Below, piece after piece: positions 12,001-19,131 of a DNA stretch of 32,000 nt (position 1 is its first letter; each line of letters opens with the position of its first letter). Where the stretch lies: contig NZ_CP042911.1 of assembly GCF_008065095.1 (NCBI RefSeq), positions 8,010,001-8,042,000 on the forward strand, written 5' to 3'. The position numbers and the translations under genes were made by a program. Source of the DNA: Gemmata obscuriglobus. Its GTDB lineage: Bacteria; Planctomycetota; Planctomycetia; Gemmatales; Gemmataceae. Under the pieces are notes generated by a model. The model had not been told where the DNA came from and ran no database searches. It saw only the letters and a program-made list of their open reading frames with translations.

Positions 12001-12312
12001 GCTCATAGCCGCGGCCGAATTGAAGCATGGCGAAGCACCGGCCGGTGGGCTCCGGGAGCACGTTCTCCGCGGCTCATAGCCGCGGCCGAATTGAAGCGTC
12101 GTCGTTGCTCATGCGTCCTCCCGGCCATGCGAAGTTCTCCGCGGCTCATAGCCGCGGCCGAATTGAAGCCCGTGGCTGGCAGCCAACGTGAAGTTCAGCC
12201 ACAAGGTTCTCCGCGGCTCATAGCCGCGGCCGAATTGAAGCGCGGATCGTGGCCGGGAGATGGAGCCCCACGTCACGTTCTCCGCGGCTCATAGCCGCGG
12301 CCGAATTGAAGC
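1..12312 (+). CRISPR. CRISPR array with a Cas6-type (class 1-like) 36-nt repeat; 169 full repeats in the window, array continues past the left edge
   Basis: Direct reading: GTTCTCCGCGGCTCATAGCCGCGGCCGAATTGAAGC recurs every ~72-73 nt. The first full copy is 37-72 and the last is 12277-12312. There are 168 internal spacers (mode 36 nt, mostly 34-42 nt), and 1-36 is a further 36-nt spacer. The repeat has a 7-bp stem (CCGCGGC / GCCGCGG, loop TCATA) and ends in ATTGAAGC. That resembles the ATTGAAA(C/G) 8-nt crRNA 5' handle of Cas6-processed type I/III repeats, which sets transcription on the + strand. No cas ORFs are in the window. Confidence 0.98.
9871..9906 (+). repeat. Only variant CRISPR repeat copy seen (C to T at repeat position 26, nt 9896: ...GCGGCTGAATTGAAGC)
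   Basis: Read directly. Every other repeat I parsed is identical to the consensus. Confidence 0.85.
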
Positions 12313-12424
12313 TCCTCGGCCGCGCCTTGCTATCCGTCGCCCTAGTGCTGTGTCAGGCTAACGAATTAGGATGCCACGGGGTCCATTGGTATGATGGCAG
12401 CCCCCCCCGTGAGGTGCCGCCGTG

Positions 12425-12865
12425 ATGAAGAAGTATATCGTTCGTCTTTCGGATGCGGAACGGGCCACGTTGTCGGAGGTGGTCAAGAAACTCAAGGGAT
12501 CCTCGCAGAAGGTTCGTCGGGCCCAGATTCTTCTGAAGGCCGATGCCGATGGCCCGGGCTGGACGGATGCGAAGATTGCCGAGGCCGTCGGATGTCGCAC
12601 CAAGACCGTGGAGAATATCCGGGAGCGCGTGGTGACGAGCGGGTTCGAGGTGGCACTCCACGGCCAACCCCGGGCCGAGCCCCCGCGAGCCAAGTTGCTC
12701 GACGGCCAACAGGAAGCCCAAGTCATCGCGATGCGATTGGGTCCGCCGCCCAAGGGCTTCGCCAACTGGAGCCTGCGGTTACTGGCCGAGCAGGTCGTCG
12801 CGTTGGAGGTTGTGGACGCCATCAGCCACGAGACCATTCATCAGACGCTCAAAAAAACGCGATGA
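12425..12865 (+). CDS. IS630-family transposase, N-terminal HTH part (orfA), upstream of an A7 slippery site
   Basis: The ORF MKKYIVRLSDAERATLSEVVKKLKGSSQKVRRAQILLKADADGPGWTDAKIAEAVGCRTKTVENIRERV... has the typical IS630 helix-turn-helix N-terminus. ATG at 12425 follows GAGG at 12411-12414. A7 lies at 12851-12857, just before the stop. Confidence 0.8.
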   Translation: MKKYIVRLSDAERATLSEVVKKLKGSSQKVRRAQILLKADADGPGWTDAKIAEAVGCRTKTVENIRERVVTSGFEVALHGQPRAEPPRAKLLDGQQEAQVIAMRLGPPPKGFANWSLRLLAEQVVALEVVDAISHETIHQTLKKTR

Positions 12866-13194
12866 CGCCGCGGAAGTTGGAGTACGGGGTGATCCCGCCA
12901 GACGCCGACGCGGCGTTCGTGGCGCACATGGAGTTGGTCCTGGACACCTATGCCTTGCCTTACGATTGCCTCTACCCGGTACTCAACATGGACGAGCAAC
13001 CGATCCCGTTGCTCAAGGAGACGCGGGCGCCGATTCCCGCGACGAAGGATCATCCGCGCCGGGTGGACTACGAGTACGAGCGGGCGGGCACGGCGAGCAT
13101 CTTCATGTTCTGTGAGGCGCTGGTGGGGTGGCGCCAGGTGAGCGTACGGGAGCGGCGGACGAAGGTGGATTGGGCGTTGGAGGTGACCGAGTTA
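12851..13194 (+). pseudogene. IS630 transposase DDE-domain 5' fragment (-1 frame), cut off by the nested IS
   Basis: The -1 frame from the A7 tract reads KKNAMTPRKLEYGVIPPDADAAFVAHMELVLDTYALPYDCLYPVLNMDEQPIPLLKETRAPIPATKDHPRRVDYEYERAGTASIFMFCEALVGWRQVSVRERRTKVDWALEVTEL. It then runs into the inverted repeat of the inserted element at 13195. Confidence 0.8.
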
Positions 13195-13213
13195 GGGACT
13201 CGGCAAAAAATAA

Positions 13214-13521
13214 CTATCCCAACGGAGGCAGTTCGTGGCCAGGGATGTCCACGAACCAATCGTTGAGATCCGGCAGCCGATGAACCTCGTCTTCGACCTG
13301 CGCCATTTCCTTTTTCGTCAAGCGGACGCCCTTCGGGTAGGCATCGGTCAGTACCTCAACGGTGGGATGCTTGCCGCCCCAGGTCATCGACCGGGCGAAC
13401 CCGAGGACCGCTTCGCGGGTGTCTAACAGATCTCCGCCCCAGTGGTTCTCGAGTACCCCCCAGCAGTGCTCGATCGGGTTGTACTTGCTGTGGTAGGGCG
13501 GGTAATACGCCAGCCGCACGA
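13214..13521 (-). pseudogene. ISAzo13-like transposase, C-terminal fragment
   Basis: (V)RLAYYPPYHSKYNPIEHCWGVLENHWGGDLLDTREAVLGFARSMTWGGKHPTVEVLTDAYPKGVRLTKKEMAQVEDEVHRLPDLNDWFVDIPGHELPPLG. Removing 13522-14838 (the inner IS plus one copy of the duplication) joins ...RRRLVR to LAYYPP... in frame. Confidence 0.8.
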
Positions 13522-14829
13522 CAGGGCAAACGCACTCAATCCCCTAGGAATCGCTGGATTCTAGCTAATTTTGAGGCGTGTGATCGAGCGGCCATCGCTC
13601 GCCTCCTGCGCATGTGCGGCCCCGCCTCCATATGATTCTGGCGCGCCCTCACCGCCTCGGAGTCTGCCGATGAGTGCCGCCCCCGGCCCACGCCCGTTAA
13701 TCGAGTACCTGTCCCAGATCCCGGATCCGCGGGTCGAGTTGAAGTGCTTCCACGACTTGATTGATGTACTCATGATCGTGACCTGTGGGACGATCGTCGG
13801 GGCCGATGACTTCGTGTCGATCGCCGAGTTCGCGCGGGCCAAGGAGTCCTGGTTCCGGGACCGGCTGGGGCTGACGCTGCGCAACGGGATTCCGTCCCAC
13901 GACACCCTCAACCGGGTGTTCGCGCTGGTCCGCCCGGAGGCGTTCGGGCGGTGCTTCCGGGCGTGGGTCGCGGACGCCGCCGAGGGCCTCCGGGTGCCCC
14001 ACATCCCGATCGACGGGAAGACCATGCGGGGGTCCAAGCGGGTCACCGGCACGGGGGCTCGCAAGGCCACACACATCGTCAGCGCATGGGCTCAGCAGTT
14101 GGGCCTCACGTTGGCCCAGGTGAAGACCGACGAGAAGTCCAACGAGATCACCGCGATCCCGGAACTGCTGGAGCGGCTGGACCTCGCGGGGGCCCTGGTG
14201 AGCATCGACGCGATGGGCACCCAGAAGGACATCGCCCAGCAGATCGTGGCCGCCAAGGGGGACTACCTGCTGGCGGTCAAGGACAACCAGCCGCGGCTGC
14301 TCGAGGACATCCAGCGGTTGGCCGAGGGGGCCCTAGAGGCGAGCTACGCGGGCCGCTCGACCGACCTCAACGAAGGAACGGGCCACGGGCGCGAGGAGAT
14401 GCGGTTCTGCTTCGTGATCGACGACCTGGAGTCGATCCGGGACCGGAATGTGTGGCCCCGGTTGCGGTCCGTCGTGGTGCTCGTCAGCAGCCGCACGGTC
14501 GCCGGTAGGACGAGCGACGAGGTGCGGTATTACATCAGCTCGCGGAAGGCATCGGCCAAGCGGTTCCAAACGTGGATCCGGGCTCATTGGTGCATCGAGA
14601 ATTCATGCCATTGGGTGCTGGATGTCGCGTTCCGAGAAGACGACCACCGACTCCGTGAAGGGCACGGCCCGCAGAATATGGCCCTCGTGCGCAAGATCGC
14701 CTTGGCGATGTTGAAGAAGGCAAACGCCAAATGTGGGATCAAGAACCGGCGACTCAAGGCCGGATGGGATAATACCTACCTCGAACAGGTACTACTGAAA
14801 AATCCCGAGGATTGAGTGCGTTTGCCCTG
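13522..14829 (+). mobile_element. ISAs1-family insertion sequence (innermost element), apparently intact
   Basis: Perfect 21-bp terminal inverted repeats: CAGGGCAAACGCACTCAATCC at 13522-13542 and its reverse complement at 14809-14829. A 9-bp direct target duplication GCCGCACGA lies at 13513-13521 and 14830-14838. The element is 1308 bp with a single transposase ORF. Confidence 0.92.
13670..14815 (+). CDS. ISAs1-family (H-repeat-associated) DDE transposase, 381 aa
   Basis: MSAAPGPRPLIEYLSQIPDPRVELKCFHDLIDVLMIV...HIPIDGKTMRGSKRV...VSIDAMGTQKDIAQQIVAAKGDYLLAVKDNQPRL...IRAHWCIENSCHWVLDVAFREDDHRLREGHGPQNMALVRKIALAMLKK carries the characteristic ISAs1 motifs. ATG at 13670 has GGAG 7 nt upstream. 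The ORF-track start at 13571 is a TTG and less likely. Confidence 0.9.
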   Translation: MSAAPGPRPLIEYLSQIPDPRVELKCFHDLIDVLMIVTCGTIVGADDFVSIAEFARAKESWFRDRLGLTLRNGIPSHDTLNRVFALVRPEAFGRCFRAWVADAAEGLRVPHIPIDGKTMRGSKRVTGTGARKATHIVSAWAQQLGLTLAQVKTDEKSNEITAIPELLERLDLAGALVSIDAMGTQKDIAQQIVAAKGDYLLAVKDNQPRLLEDIQRLAEGALEASYAGRSTDLNEGTGHGREEMRFCFVIDDLESIRDRNVWPRLRSVVVLVSSRTVAGRTSDEVRYYISSRKASAKRFQTWIRAHWCIENSCHWVLDVAFREDDHRLREGHGPQNMALVRKIALAMLKKANAKCGIKNRRLKAGWDNTYLEQVLLKNPED

Positions 14830-15744
14830 GCCGCACGAGCCGCCTCCGCTGACGCGCCAAGGCCACCATCCTCTTGAGGAACTGGGTTCGCCGGCTTTTG
14901 TTCTCCGGCCCGTTGTCTTGGTTGATGACCAGTGTCCGGACCCGCGGGAAGCGCGGCTGGTGCTGTACCCACCAGCGGTCCAGGATGTCCACGATGAAAT
15001 CGCTCGTCACCCGCGACGTCGTGAAGTACAGCCACAGGTCGCTGTCACGCGGCAGCAACAGCCCGTAGGGTGTCAGGACCTCTTCGGCCCGGAAGTCGTG
15101 GTCCGCGGCCTTCGTTCGTACTCGGTTCTTGCCCTTGCGCGAGTACGCCCCCACCTGAACACCGGCTTTCGCGTCCAGCGACAGCCGCAGCGTGTCGGCA
15201 CTAGCGTCGGCCTGCGGGTTGATCTCCTTCAGCCGTGCGAAGATGGCATCGGTCTGGGGGATCTTTTTTTGGGCACGCACTTGAGAACCTTGGTCGGGTG
15301 GAACCCGAGGTCGTTGAGCTTGGTGCGGAGGGTTCGCGCCTGGGGCAACTGGTCCGCGCGGTACCCCTTCGTGGCGACCAGCTGACGCCGCACTTCTTCG
15401 GCCGTCAGCCGGGTATACAGGCGCAGGGTGCGGAACCGCGGGTCCGCCTGGCTCTGGCTGGTGACGAGGTCCCGGATGTCGGCCAGCAGGTCGGGCAATC
15501 GGTCCTCGGCACGGTGCCGGCCTCGCGCCGAGAACGCGTCGCGGGCCACGACGCCCGAGTTCAGTTCCCGCATGCCCTTGCGGATGGTGACCCGGTTCCA
15601 CCCGAACGCCTCTTCGGCTCGGCGTTGACCGCCGGGACCCAACGCACGCACCACCCGGGCCATGAACAACCGTCGTTGCGCCCCGCGCAGATCGTTCGCC
15701 GCCTCGATCAACGCGGGCGTGAGTGTCTCGCCGAACGGAATCAC
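14830..15744 (-). pseudogene. ISAzo13-like transposase, N-terminal two-thirds (needs a -1 shift at A7), truncated by the ISAs1 insertion
   Basis: GTG at 15744 is preceded by AGGAGG with a 5-nt spacer. It reads (V)IPFGETLTPALIEAANDLRGAQRRLFMARVV...KVLKCVPKK. After a -1 shift at the A7 tract (T7 on + at 15264-15270) it reads KKIPQTDAIFARLKEINPQADASADTLRLSLDAKAGVQVGAYSRKGKNRVRTKAADHDF...VINQDNGPENKSRRTQFLKRMVALARQRRRLVR. It then enters the ISAs1 end. Confidence 0.75.
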
Positions 15745-15821
15745 AGCGACCTCCTGCGGGTACCACCGAGAAGGTCATCCTACGATACGAGACTTGGGAT
15801 AGTTATTTTTTGCCGAGTCCC

Positions 15822-16188
15822 TAATCCGCGTACTCGCTACCGGGATGCCGTGAAGGTGATCGTGGTGTGCGACAACCGGAACACGCACACGATCGGTGCG
15901 TTCTACGAGGCGTTCGACCCGGAAACGGCGCGGGCGCTGGTGAGGCGATCGGAGTTCCGCCACACGCCCAAGCACGGGAGTTGGTTGAACGTCGCGGAAT
16001 GTGAGCTGGGCGCGATGACGCGGCAATGCGTGCAGGGTAGGCGGTTCGCAACGATAGAGGAGTTGAGGGTAGAGACGGCCGCCTGGCAGGACTACACCAA
16101 CGACAAGCAGCGTAGCGTCGATTGGCAGTTCCGCACCGACGATGCTCGCAACAGGCTCAAATCCCTCTACCCTAAAATCAAAACCTGA
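15822..16188 (+). pseudogene. IS630 transposase DDE-domain 3' fragment
   Basis: ...RYRDAVKVIVVCDNRNTHTIGAFYEAFDPETARALVRRSEFRHTPKHGSWLNVAECELGAMTRQCVQGRRFATIEELRVETAAWQDYTNDKQRSVDWQFRTDDARNRLKSLYPKIKT, stop at 16186-16188. This is the classic IS630 C-terminus. I could not settle the exact junction frame across the insertion. Confidence 0.8.
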
Positions 16189-16198
16189 CACAGCACTA

Positions 16199-16599
16199 GC
16201 CACTCTCTACCTGGGTGGCACGGGGGTGACGGACGCGGGTGTGAAGGAGTTGGCCGCGCTCAAGGGCCTCACCCAACTCGACCTGTTTGACACGAAAGTG
16301 ACGGACGTAGGTGTGAAGGAGCTATCCGGGCTCAAGGGCCTCACCCGCCTTGAACTCACCTTCACGCAGGTAACGGACGCGGGTGTGAAGGCGCTGTCCG
16401 GGCTCACGGCCCTGACCACCCTTGACTTGGGGTTCACGAAGGTGACGGACGCGGGTGTGAAGGCGCTGTCCGGGCTCAAGCACCTCATTCAGCTAAACCT
16501 GGGCGTCACGGTGGTGACGGATGCGGGTGTGAAGGCGTTGGCGGGGCTCAAGGGCCTGACCATTCTCGACCTGAGTTTCACGCGGGTGACGGACGCGGG
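16199..16599 (+). pseudogene. Leucine-rich-repeat protein gene, internal fragment lying between the IS630 and IS66 insertions
   Basis: ATLYLGGTGVTDAGVKELAALKGLTQLDLFDTKVTDVGVKELSGLKGLTRLELTFTQVTDAGVKALSGLTALTTLDLGFTKVTDAGVKALSGLKHLIQLNLGVTVVTDAGVKALAGLKGLTILDLSFTRVTDAG is made of 24-residue LRR units. The frame stays open back across the IS630 site into 12313-12344, but no credible start or N-terminal domain is present there. Confidence 0.8.
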
Positions 16600-18196
16600 G
16601 TAACCGTTCACGGGGTGCGGGCCGTGCATTTTCCAGGCCTTTGTGACTCGATTCTGCGCGGGGTTGCCTCAAGAGCCGGTGTTCCGTAATCGAACGGACG
16701 CGATGACATCTGTTCCTCAACCGCCGGAGCTACCGAGTGACCTGCCGCCAGCGGTGGTGGCGTACATTCGTGCGCTGGAAGCGACGGTTGCGCAGTTGCA
16801 GGCCACGGTCGCGGCTCTCCAGGTCACGGTGGCCGACCTTCAGACCCGGCTCAACCAGAATTCCAGCAACTCGTCGAAACCGCCCTCGTCGGATGGTCCG
16901 CAGGTGAAGCCGGCCCCGCCCAAGAGTCCCTCGGGGAAGCGGCGCGGCGGTCAATCGGGGCACCCCAAGGCCGAGCGCACCGTGCTGCCGCCCGACACGG
17001 TCCACACCCTCAAACCGGACACCTGCCGCGGGTGTGCGTGCCCACTCACCGGGGACGACCCGAACCCGTCGATTCACCAGGTGCATGAGATCCCGGTCGT
17101 CCGGCCGCAGGTGACCGAGTATCGGTGCCATCGGCTCCGGTGCCCGCACTGCGGCGCCGTGACGACCGCACCGGTGCCCGCCGACGCGGCTCCCGGGTAC
17201 GGTCCCCGGGTCCAGGCGGTGGCCGCCATGCTCACCGGTTCGTGCCGCCTGGGCAAGCGGGTGGTGAGCCAACTGTTCGACGACCTGTTCGGGTTGCCCA
17301 TCCGTCCGGCCACGGTGTGCAAACTCCAGCACACGACCGCGGCGGCTCTGGCCCCGGTGGCCGAAGCGGCTCTCGCGTACACCCGCGGGCACCCGGCGAA
17401 CGTGGACGAAACGTGCTGGACGCAAGGGCGCCAGCGGGCCTGGTTGTGGGTCGCGGTGAGCACCTCGGTGGTCGCATTCCTGATCCGCGCCACCCGGGGC
17501 CGGAGCGCGTTCGACGACCTGCGGGACGGGTCCGCCCAGGTCCACACGACCGATCGGTATCCGGTGTACACGCATCTGCCGGTGCATCGGCGCCAGGTGT
17601 GCTGGGCGCACCTGCGGCGGGACTTCCAGGCGATGATCGATCGGGGCAACGACGGATCCCCGATCGGGGCCGCCCTGTTGGCCTGTTCCGACGAACTGTT
17701 CGGGCACTGGTTCCGGGTGCGGGACGGGACGTTAGCCCGGTCCACGTTCGCTCGCGTGTACGCCCGCGCCGTGCGGGCCCGGTTCCGCACGCACCTGGGG
17801 CACGGGGGCCGGTGCGGGTGCCCCAAGACCGGGGCCGTGTGCCGCGAGCTGTTGGCGGTGGAGCCGGCCCTGTGGACGTTCGCACGCGTGGGCGGGGTGG
17901 AACCGACCAACAACGCGGCCGAGCGGGCCCTGCGTCACGCCGTGTGCTGGCGCAAGACCAGCTACGGCACCGACTCCGAACGCGGTAGCCGGTTCGTGGA
18001 GCGGATCCTCACGGTCCTGGCCTCGTGTCGCCGGCAGGGCCGCAACGTGCTCGCATTCCTCACCGACGCCGTCACCGCACACCGTACCGGGGCAAAGCCA
18101 CCAACACTGATCCCGGTCCCGGCTCAACAACCACCGATGATGAACCCAACTTTCGCTGGCTGTTGAGATACACCCGCATCAACTGTGAACGCTTAC
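16600..18196 (+). mobile_element. IS66-family insertion sequence, single-ORF (ISBst12-like) type
   Basis: Ends are GTAACCGTTCAC...TGCGGG (16600-) and ...CCCGCATCAACTGTGAACGCTTAC (to 18196), which match IS66-type GTAAGCG termini. An 8-bp direct duplication GACGCGGG lies at 16592-16599 and 18197-18204. Length is 1597 bp. Confidence 0.9.
16703..18166 (+). CDS. IS66-family transposase, 487 aa
   Basis: MTSVPQPPELPSDLPPAVVAYIRALEATVAQLQATVAALQVTVADLQTRLNQNSSNSSKPPSSDGP... has a coiled coil followed by the NSSKPPSSD hallmark. It continues through CRGCACPL...CPHCG (zinc finger), ...ANVDETCW..., ...TTDRYPVY..., ...VCWAHLRRDF... and ...EPTNNAAERALR.... ATG at 16703; the ORF-track start at 16643 is a GTG. 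Confidence 0.9.
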   Translation: MTSVPQPPELPSDLPPAVVAYIRALEATVAQLQATVAALQVTVADLQTRLNQNSSNSSKPPSSDGPQVKPAPPKSPSGKRRGGQSGHPKAERTVLPPDTVHTLKPDTCRGCACPLTGDDPNPSIHQVHEIPVVRPQVTEYRCHRLRCPHCGAVTTAPVPADAAPGYGPRVQAVAAMLTGSCRLGKRVVSQLFDDLFGLPIRPATVCKLQHTTAAALAPVAEAALAYTRGHPANVDETCWTQGRQRAWLWVAVSTSVVAFLIRATRGRSAFDDLRDGSAQVHTTDRYPVYTHLPVHRRQVCWAHLRRDFQAMIDRGNDGSPIGAALLACSDELFGHWFRVRDGTLARSTFARVYARAVRARFRTHLGHGGRCGCPKTGAVCRELLAVEPALWTFARVGGVEPTNNAAERALRHAVCWRKTSYGTDSERGSRFVERILTVLASCRRQGRNVLAFLTDAVTAHRTGAKPPTLIPVPAQQPPMMNPTFAGC

Positions 18197-18688
18197 GACG
18201 CGGGTGTGAAGGAGTTGGCCGCGCTGAATAAGGGCCTGACCACCCTCAACCTACGGCGCACGCGGGTGACGGACGTGGGCGTGAAGGAGCTGGCCGCACT
18301 CAAGGCCCTGACCAACCTCGACCTGGGCGGCACGGGGGTGACGGACGCGGGTGTGAAGGAGCTATCCGGGCTCAAGGGCCTCACCCGCCTTGAGCTGCGT
18401 TCCACGAAAATAACGGACGCGGGTGTGAAGGAGTTGGCCGCGCTTAAGAACCTCAACCACCTCGACCTGGGGGGTACGAAAGTGACGGACGCGGGTGCGA
18501 AGGAGCTATCCGGGCTCAACTTCTTGGTCACCCTCGACCTGAGCAACACGCAGGTGACGGACGCGGGTGTGAAAGCCCTGACCGCGCTCACGGGCCTGAC
18601 CACCCTCGACCTGCATGGCACGGGGGTAACGGACGCGGGGCTGAAGGAACTGAACGCGGCGCTACCGAAGTGCAAGGTTCGGAAGTGA
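18197..18688 (+). pseudogene. Leucine-rich-repeat protein gene, 3' fragment downstream of the IS66 insertion
   Basis: DAGVKELAALNKGLTTLNLRRTRVTDVGVKELAALKALTNLDLGGTGVTDAGVKELSGLKGLTRLELRSTKITDAGVKELAALKNLNHLDLGGTKVTDAGAKELSGLNFLVTLDLSNTQVTDAGVKALTALTGLTTLDLHGTGVTDAGLKELNAALPKCKVRK, then stop. Removing 16600-18204 joins it in frame to the upstream fragment (...RVTDAG|VKELAAL...). Confidence 0.85.
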
Positions 18689-19060
18689 CGCAAGGCCGCG
18701 GGGCGGCGCCAAGCCGCGGGCGGGCGCGGGTGCGTCAACGCGGTGCGGCTCGATCGGGACCGGCACAAGAGCGCGCGGCCGGTGCGGCTCTCGCTCCCAG
18801 ACCCGGGCGCGGCCGGAGCCGTCTGTTGTGCGGGCGGCCCGGTGCCGCGCCCGGTTCGGCACCTCGCCCACTGGCATTCGGGTGATGTCGCACCGGCCTC
18901 ACGGCAGCCGGTGACAGAAGAAGGGGCCTCTTCGGCAGAGCCGGCATCATGGGTCCGATCGGGTCGCTTGCGGGCGAGCCGGACCGGTGCGGACCGCGCG
19001 CGAGCGCCCAAGAGGCTGGCCGGTGACGCGGGCGCGGTACTTGCGTGCTGCGGGGTTTGG

Positions 19061-19089
19061 GGTGAGGCAAACAGGGGGCTCGCGCCCCC
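19061..19089 (-). terminator. Possible weak intrinsic terminator downstream of efpL
   Basis: On the minus strand: GGGGGC-GCGA-GCCCCC (19074-19089) followed by TGTTTGCC. The stem is short and the U-tract is poor. Confidence 0.3.
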
Positions 19090-19131
19090 GTTCGCTTCGG
19101 CCACCGACCGCGGGCCGTCGGCCCGAAACGC

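Larger units (their letters stand above)
13195..15821 (-). mobile_element. ISAzo13-like insertion sequence (middle element), inserted in the IS630 transposase gene
   Basis: Perfect terminal inverted repeats: GGGACTCGGCAAAAAATAACTATCCCA at 13195-13221 and its reverse complement at 15795-15821. The palindromic TTA/TAA flanks leave the target duplication ambiguous. About 1.32 kb remains once the inner IS is removed. Family assignment is from memory of the ISAzo13 / Rhodopirellula-transposase DDE family motifs (KKIPQTDAIF..., YPPYHSKYNPIEH). Confidence 0.75.
12345..16196 (+). mobile_element. IS630-family insertion sequence (outer element of a three-level nest)
   Basis: Terminal inverted repeats are GTGCTGTGTCAGG (12345-12357) and CCTGACACAGCAC (16184-16196). 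TA flanks both ends (12343-12344 and 16197-16198), which is the IS630/Tc1-mariner target duplication. The element encodes an HTH N-terminal ORF and a DDE region (NMDEQP, VVCDNRNTH, WLNVAECELG). Confidence 0.9.

Noticed and set aside
121-12294. Dozens of ORF-track entries inside the array, for example 2174..2977 (267 aa), 8593..9432 (279 aa), 4224..4973 (249 aa) and 11277..11891 (204 aa).
   Set aside because: Their proteins are periodic concatenations of the repeat translated in different frames (FSAAHSRGRIEA, SPRLIAAAELK, FNSAAAMSRGE, LQFGRGYEPRRT), separated by random spacer-derived residues. They are artefacts of CRISPR repeat periodicity, not genes.
1-12312. Self-targeting, meaning spacers matching the IS elements or genes in this same window.
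   Set aside because: I could not find an obvious match by eye, but a manual scan of 168 spacers against 20 kb is unreliable. This is neither supported nor excluded and needs a blastn-short run.
12277-12421. The idea that the CRISPR leader lies on the right side, because the right-most repeat is perfect.
   Set aside because: The repeat ends in ATTGAAGC on the + strand, which is the typical 3' end giving the 8-nt crRNA handle. The two duplicated spacers are anchored at their left ends. The 32 nt to the right run straight into LRR coding sequence, with no AT-rich leader-like DNA. It is kept only as a caveat in the boundary finding.
12353-12837. Minus-strand ORFs (122 and 159 aa) antisense to IS630 orfA. 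Also similar antisense or alternative ORFs inside the ISAs1, ISAzo13-like and IS66 elements, for example 13561..14076, 14816..15385, 16730..17707 and 17074..17913.
   Set aside because: They have no recognisable domains, and they overlap transposase frames that carry clear family motifs.
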